From an uncultured Gemmatimonadaceae bacterium (GTDB lineage: Bacteria > Gemmatimonadota > Gemmatimonadetes > Gemmatimonadales > Gemmatimonadaceae): a stretch of 64,000 nucleotides of DNA. The first letter of the stretch is position 1. Every line of letters begins with the position of its first letter. The position numbers were made by a program, and so were the translations under genes. Positions 59,399-64,000 of the stretch are shown here, one piece after another. The DNA lies in NCBI GenBank assembly GCA_963790305.1, contig CAWBOC010000008.1, forward strand, positions 32,001 to 96,000, read 5' to 3'. The notes beneath the pieces were generated by a model, which made no database searches, was not told the origin of the DNA, and worked only from the letters and a program-made list of their open reading frames with translations.

Positions 59399-62107
59399 AT
59401 GCCGCTTCAGGGGGATCACCACATAGCGTGGCACTCGCGCATGGCCAGCGCGGTGCTCGCCGAGCTCGAGTCGAGCCGGGACGGCCTGTCGGCGCAGGAG
59501 GCCGCCGCCCGGCTTCAGCGGTATGGAGCCAACCGGCTCGAGGTCACGCCGCCGGCGTCCGCGTGGTCGATCCTCGTCGCCCAGTTCCGAAGCGTGGTCG
59601 TGCTGCTGCTCGTCGTCGCGGCCGGCCTCGCTCTGGCGTTAGGCGACCCCGCCAATGCCATGGCCATCGCCGCCGTGCTGTTGATCAACGCGGCGCTCGG
59701 CTTCATCACCGAATTCCGGGCGCGTCGCGCAATGGACGCGCTGCGAGGCCTCGAGGTGCCTCGCGCCATCGTCGTACGCGAAGGGACGACACTCGAGATC
59801 AGCGCGCGCGACCTCGTGCCCGGTGACATCATCTCGCTCGAGAGTGGCCAGTCTGTTCCCGCCGACGCACGGTTGATCGACGCGATCAATGTCCGCGTCA
59901 CCGAGGCCCCACTCACCGGCGAATCGCTTCCGGTGGAGAAGCGCGCTGACGTCGCCCTCGCGGACGACACGGTACTCGCCGAGCGCATCAACATGGTCTA
60001 CCAGGCGACGGCGCTGGTCTCGGGATCGGCGCACGCCGTCGTCGCTGCGACGGCCGGCAATACCGAGGTCGGCCGCATCGGCGGCCTCACGAGCTCGCTC
60101 AAAGATGAGCGGACGCCCCTGGAGCATCGGCTCGATGGGCTCGGTCGTCGACTCGTCGTGGTCGCCCTCGTCGTGGCGGCGATCGTCGCGTTGCTCGGTC
60201 TTTGGCGCGGCATACCGTGGGGCCTGGTGGTGCAAACGGCTGTCGCGCTCGCGATCGCGGCGGTGCCGGAAGGATTGCCCGCCGTCACCACGATCACGCT
60301 CGCGGTCGGGGTGTCGCGCATGGCGCGGCGACAGGCGCTCATCCGCCGGCTGCCGGCCGTGGAGACGCTCGGGTCCGCAACCGTCGTCTGCACCGACAAG
60401 ACCGGGACGCTAACCGCGGGTGAGATGGCGGTGAGCGTCATCGTCGTGGATGGTCGCGAGATCGCGGTGACCGGTACGACCTACGAGCCAACGGGAGAGT
60501 TTCGTGACGGCGATCGAACGATCGGCGCGAGCGAGAACCCGGTTCTGCATGAAGCGCTTCGCATTGGTACGCTGGCGAATCGTGCCGAGCTCGTGCACGA
60601 CGAGGATCAATGGTACCCCGTGGGTGACCCAACCGAGGTCGCGTTGCTCGTGGCAGCAAGAAAGGCGGGGCTCGATCGCGACCGATTGCTCGAAGAGCTT
60701 CCGGAGGTCGCGGCGGTGCCATTCTCGAGCGAGCGACAGTGGATGGCGACGTTCCATCGCGCACGGGATGGCGGGTCGATCGTCTGCGTGAAGGGCGCCC
60801 CCGGGCGCATCATCGAGCGCAGTACACGCGAGCTCACTGCGTCCGGCGAGCGTGCACTGGACGCAGCGGGCCGACAGCGGCTGCTCGATCGCAACCGGGC
60901 CTTGGCCGCGCGCGGCTTGCGCGTCCTCGCGACGGCGCGGGGCACCGCGCGTGACGCGAATGACGACGCAGTCCGTGAGCTCACGTTCGTCGGGCTGGCC
61001 GGCATCTCCGATCCACCGGCGGCGGGTGTGGCTGAAACGATCCAGTCGTTCCGCGAAGCGGGCGTGCGCACGGTGATGATCACCGGCGACCAGCGACTCA
61101 CCGCCGTCGCCGTGGCGCAGCAGCTCGGGCTGGCCGAATCGGACGCAGGCGCGCTCGATGGCAAAGAGCTGGCGACCCTCGACAAGGCCACGCTCACGGC
61201 GAGACTGGAGCACACCGGAGTCTTCAATCGAGTGAGCCCGTCGGACAAGCTGCGCATCGTCGAGGCTCTCCAGGATCGCGGCGACATCGTGGCCATGCTC
61301 GGCGACGGTGTGAACGACGCCGCCGCGCTCAAGAAGGCGGACATCGGTGTCGCCATGGGACGCCGTGGGACCGACATCGCCAAGGAGGCGGCGGACGTCG
61401 TCCTGGCTGACGATCGCTTCTCGACGGTGGCCGCGGCAATCGAAGAAGGGCGGGTCATCTTCGACAACATCCGCAAGTTCGTCTTTTACCTGTTCTCCTG
61501 TAACCTCGCCGAAGTCATCGTTCTGCTCGCGGCAGGCCTAACGGGGCTTCCCCTCCCGCTCCTCCCCCTCCAGATCCTCTGGCTCAACATTGTGACCGAC
61601 ACCTTCCCCGCGCTGGCGCTGGCGATGGAGCCACGCGAAGGCGACGTCATGAGACGACCTCCCCGCGATCCCGATGAGGCGATTCTCTCGCGGCCGTTTC
61701 TTGGTCAGATCGGACTGTACGCCGCATTGATCGCGGCGGCGACGCTCGGAGCGTTCGTCATCGCGCTCGACCGTGGGCCGCAGGAGCGCGCGATAACCAT
61801 CGCGTTCGTGACGCTCGCGCTCGCCCAGGGATTCCACCTTGGCACGGCGCGCAGCGATGGCCCGGTGCTGTCGTGGGACCGCATTCGCGGGAATCCGTGG
61901 GCGTTAGGCGCGCTGGGGCTGGTCATCGCGCTCCAGCTCGCCGCGGTGTACATCCCTGTCCTCGCGTCTGTGCTTCGCACAGTGCCGTTGACGAGGGCCG
62001 ACTGGGCACTCGTGCTCCCGGCCGCGCTCATACCGGCGGTCGTCGGGCAGCTCTTGCGGCTACTTCGTACGAAGGCGCCGTCGCCGTTACTGACTACCGA
62101 TACCTGA
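59399..62107 (+). CDS. Cation-transporting P-type ATPase (type II, Ca2+/CtpF-like)
   Basis: TGES, PEGL, DKTGTLT, KGAP, MITGD, GDGVNDAAALK. Confidence 0.95.
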   Translation: MPLQGDHHIAWHSRMASAVLAELESSRDGLSAQEAAARLQRYGANRLEVTPPASAWSILVAQFRSVVVLLLVVAAGLALALGDPANAMAIAAVLLINAALGFITEFRARRAMDALRGLEVPRAIVVREGTTLEISARDLVPGDIISLESGQSVPADARLIDAINVRVTEAPLTGESLPVEKRADVALADDTVLAERINMVYQATALVSGSAHAVVAATAGNTEVGRIGGLTSSLKDERTPLEHRLDGLGRRLVVVALVVAAIVALLGLWRGIPWGLVVQTAVALAIAAVPEGLPAVTTITLAVGVSRMARRQALIRRLPAVETLGSATVVCTDKTGTLTAGEMAVSVIVVDGREIAVTGTTYEPTGEFRDGDRTIGASENPVLHEALRIGTLANRAELVHDEDQWYPVGDPTEVALLVAARKAGLDRDRLLEELPEVAAVPFSSERQWMATFHRARDGGSIVCVKGAPGRIIERSTRELTASGERALDAAGRQRLLDRNRALAARGLRVLATARGTARDANDDAVRELTFVGLAGISDPPAAGVAETIQSFREAGVRTVMITGDQRLTAVAVAQQLGLAESDAGALDGKELATLDKATLTARLEHTGVFNRVSPSDKLRIVEALQDRGDIVAMLGDGVNDAAALKKADIGVAMGRRGTDIAKEAADVVLADDRFSTVAAAIEEGRVIFDNIRKFVFYLFSCNLAEVIVLLAAGLTGLPLPLLPLQILWLNIVTDTFPALALAMEPREGDVMRRPPRDPDEAILSRPFLGQIGLYAALIAAATLGAFVIALDRGPQERAITIAFVTLALAQGFHLGTARSDGPVLSWDRIRGNPWALGALGLVIALQLAAVYIPVLASVLRTVPLTRADWALVLPAALIPAVVGQLLRLLRTKAPSPLLTTDT

Positions 62108-62179
62108 AGTCACAAACCTGACGTCTGCAGAAGTTGATCTCTTTACCCTACATTACCGGCACCACTTCTCTCCAAGCCC

Positions 62180-63919
62180 GTGCTCGTCCCCAAGCTCGTC
62201 ACGACGCTCCGCGCGTACGACCGCACCCAGTTCTCTGCTGATCTGACCGCCGGCGTCATCGTCGGCATTGTCGCGCTCCCCCTCGCGATCGCGTTCGCCA
62301 TCGCCAGCGGCGTCACGCCCGAGCGCGGACTGTATACCGCCATCGTCGCCGGCTTCATCATCTCGGCGTTAGGTGGCTCGCGCGTCCAGATCGGCGGGCC
62401 AACCGGTGCGTTCATCGTCATCGTCTACGGCATCGTTCAGCAGTACGGCTATGGCGGACTCGCCATCGCGACGATCATGGCCGGACTGATGTTGATCGTG
62501 CTGGGCGTGGCGCGGCTGGGAACGGCCATCAAGTTCATTCCCTACCCGGTCATCACCGGATTCACGAGCGCGATCGCGCTCATCATCTTCTCCAGCCAGG
62601 TGAAGGATTTTCTCGGGCTTCGTATGGGCGACGTGCCCGCGGAGTTCGTCGACAAGTGGCGCGCCTTCGCTGAGGCGATCGCAACGGTCAATCCGTGGGC
62701 GCTCGTGCTCAGCAGCTTGGCGCTCGCGATCATCCTCCTCTGGCCCAAGGTCACGCAGCGCATCCCGGGTGCGTTCGTCGCCCTGATCGTCACGACCGTG
62801 TTGGCGCATCTTTTCAACCTGCCGGTGGAGACGATCGGGAGCCGGTTCGGCCAGATCCCCTCGGGGCTGCCCGTGCCGTCGATCCCCGACATGAATCCGG
62901 CGCAGATTGCGAGCCTCGTGGGCCCGGCGTTCACGATCGCGCTGCTGGCCGCGATCGAGTCACTGCTGTCCGCGGTCGTCGCGGATGGCATGATCGGCGG
63001 CCGGCATCGCTCGAACATGGAGCTGGTGGCGCAGGGGGTCGCGAACATCGCGTCGCCGCTGTTCGGGGGAATTCCGGCGACGGGCGCCATCGCGCGCACC
63101 GCGACCAACGTCAAGAACGGCGGACGGACACCGGTCGCCGGGATCGTGCACGCGATCACGCTGCTGCTCATCACGCTTTTCTTCGCCCGGTGGGCCGCGC
63201 TCATTCCCATGGCGGCGCTCGCGGCGATTCTCGTCGTCGTGGCGTATCACATGAGCGAGTGGCGGACCTTCCGCGCCGAGCTCCGCTCGCCGAAGAGCGA
63301 CGTGGCCGTTTTGCTCACGACGTTCTTCCTCACTGTGCTCGTCGACCTGACGGTGGCCATCGAGGTCGGCATCGTGCTCGCCGCCCTCCTGTTCATGCGC
63401 CGCATGGCCGAGGTGACGAACGTCAGCGTGATCACGCAAGAGCTCGACGACGAGGGAGATCTCTACTCGACCGATGCGAACGCGGTGCGCCGGCGCGCGA
63501 TTCCGAAGGGGGTCGAGGTCTACGAGATCAACGGTCCCTTCTTCTTCGGTGCGGCCGAGCAGTTCAAGGACACGCTCGGGCGTGTCGCGCGGAAGCCGAA
63601 GGTGCTGATCATCCGCATGCGCAACGTGCCGGCGATCGACTCCACAGGCATTCGCGCGCTCGCCGACGTCACCCGACGCACGCGGAAGGAGGGCACCCTC
63701 GTGCTGCTCTCGGACGTCCACGCGCAGCCGCTCGTCGCACTCGGCCGCTCGGATCTGCTCGACGAGATCGGCGACGACAACATCTTCGGCAACCTGGATG
63801 ACGCGCTCAATCGCGCGCGCGCGGAGGTGGGGGAGGCGCCGCTGCCGCCGCCGCCGGGCACGACACCGACGGTGAGGCGCGAGACACCGATCGGCGGGGT
63901 GCCTCAGGCGAACGAGTGA
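62180..63919 (+). CDS. sulP: SulP family anion transporter with STAS domain
   Basis: AG..VG.VALPL..AF, GGS..QIGGPTG, ESLLSA.V.D, TGAIART, GPFFFG, IDSTG. Confidence 0.95.
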   Translation: MLVPKLVTTLRAYDRTQFSADLTAGVIVGIVALPLAIAFAIASGVTPERGLYTAIVAGFIISALGGSRVQIGGPTGAFIVIVYGIVQQYGYGGLAIATIMAGLMLIVLGVARLGTAIKFIPYPVITGFTSAIALIIFSSQVKDFLGLRMGDVPAEFVDKWRAFAEAIATVNPWALVLSSLALAIILLWPKVTQRIPGAFVALIVTTVLAHLFNLPVETIGSRFGQIPSGLPVPSIPDMNPAQIASLVGPAFTIALLAAIESLLSAVVADGMIGGRHRSNMELVAQGVANIASPLFGGIPATGAIARTATNVKNGGRTPVAGIVHAITLLLITLFFARWAALIPMAALAAILVVVAYHMSEWRTFRAELRSPKSDVAVLLTTFFLTVLVDLTVAIEVGIVLAALLFMRRMAEVTNVSVITQELDDEGDLYSTDANAVRRRAIPKGVEVYEINGPFFFGAAEQFKDTLGRVARKPKVLIIRMRNVPAIDSTGIRALADVTRRTRKEGTLVLLSDVHAQPLVALGRSDLLDEIGDDNIFGNLDDALNRARAEVGEAPLPPPPGTTPTVRRETPIGGVPQANE

Positions 63920-64000
63920 GCGTCGGCCAGCACCTGACACGCAGCCGGTCAGGGGTTTTCTACTCGCGAACCGGCATCGCGCCGACAGACTGTGGCGACC

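Noticed and set aside
1..64000. tRNA, rRNA, transposase, phage or defence genes
   Set aside because: None recognised by eye; tRNAscan-SE, Rfam and HMM searches are needed to exclude small RNAs firmly.

Overview
High-GC (roughly two-thirds by eye) bacterial chromosomal segment. Gene style (secreted peptidases and amidohydrolases, carboxypeptidase-like/plug proteins, many lipoproteins) suggests Gemmatimonadota; this is an inference. About 60 mostly housekeeping or accessory CDSs, including msrB, ispH, pfkA, cls, Fpg/Nei, M1/M16/S9/S66 peptidases, two SF2 RNA helicases, an ECF sigma factor, a P-type ATPase and SulP. About 20 single-base frameshifts in unrelated genes point to an unpolished long-read assembly rather than real pseudogenes. 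No rRNA, tRNA, CRISPR array, transposase or integrase was recognised. Signals not explained by the gene calls: (1) 19 intergenic elements in six sequence families, most built as inverted arrays of 7- or 9-nt tandem units around a central loop and abutting stop codons; (2) a non-palindromic motif CGTTAGG(Y) recurring on both strands and in all frames, forcing rare codons; (3) an unannotated SelW/Rdx selenoprotein (CxxU) with a SECIS-like hairpin next to pfkA; (4) an HrpB-like helicase whose motif Ia precedes Walker A; (5) a cluster resembling the families of the mycobacterial DosR dormancy regulon, including a truncated release-factor-like gene.
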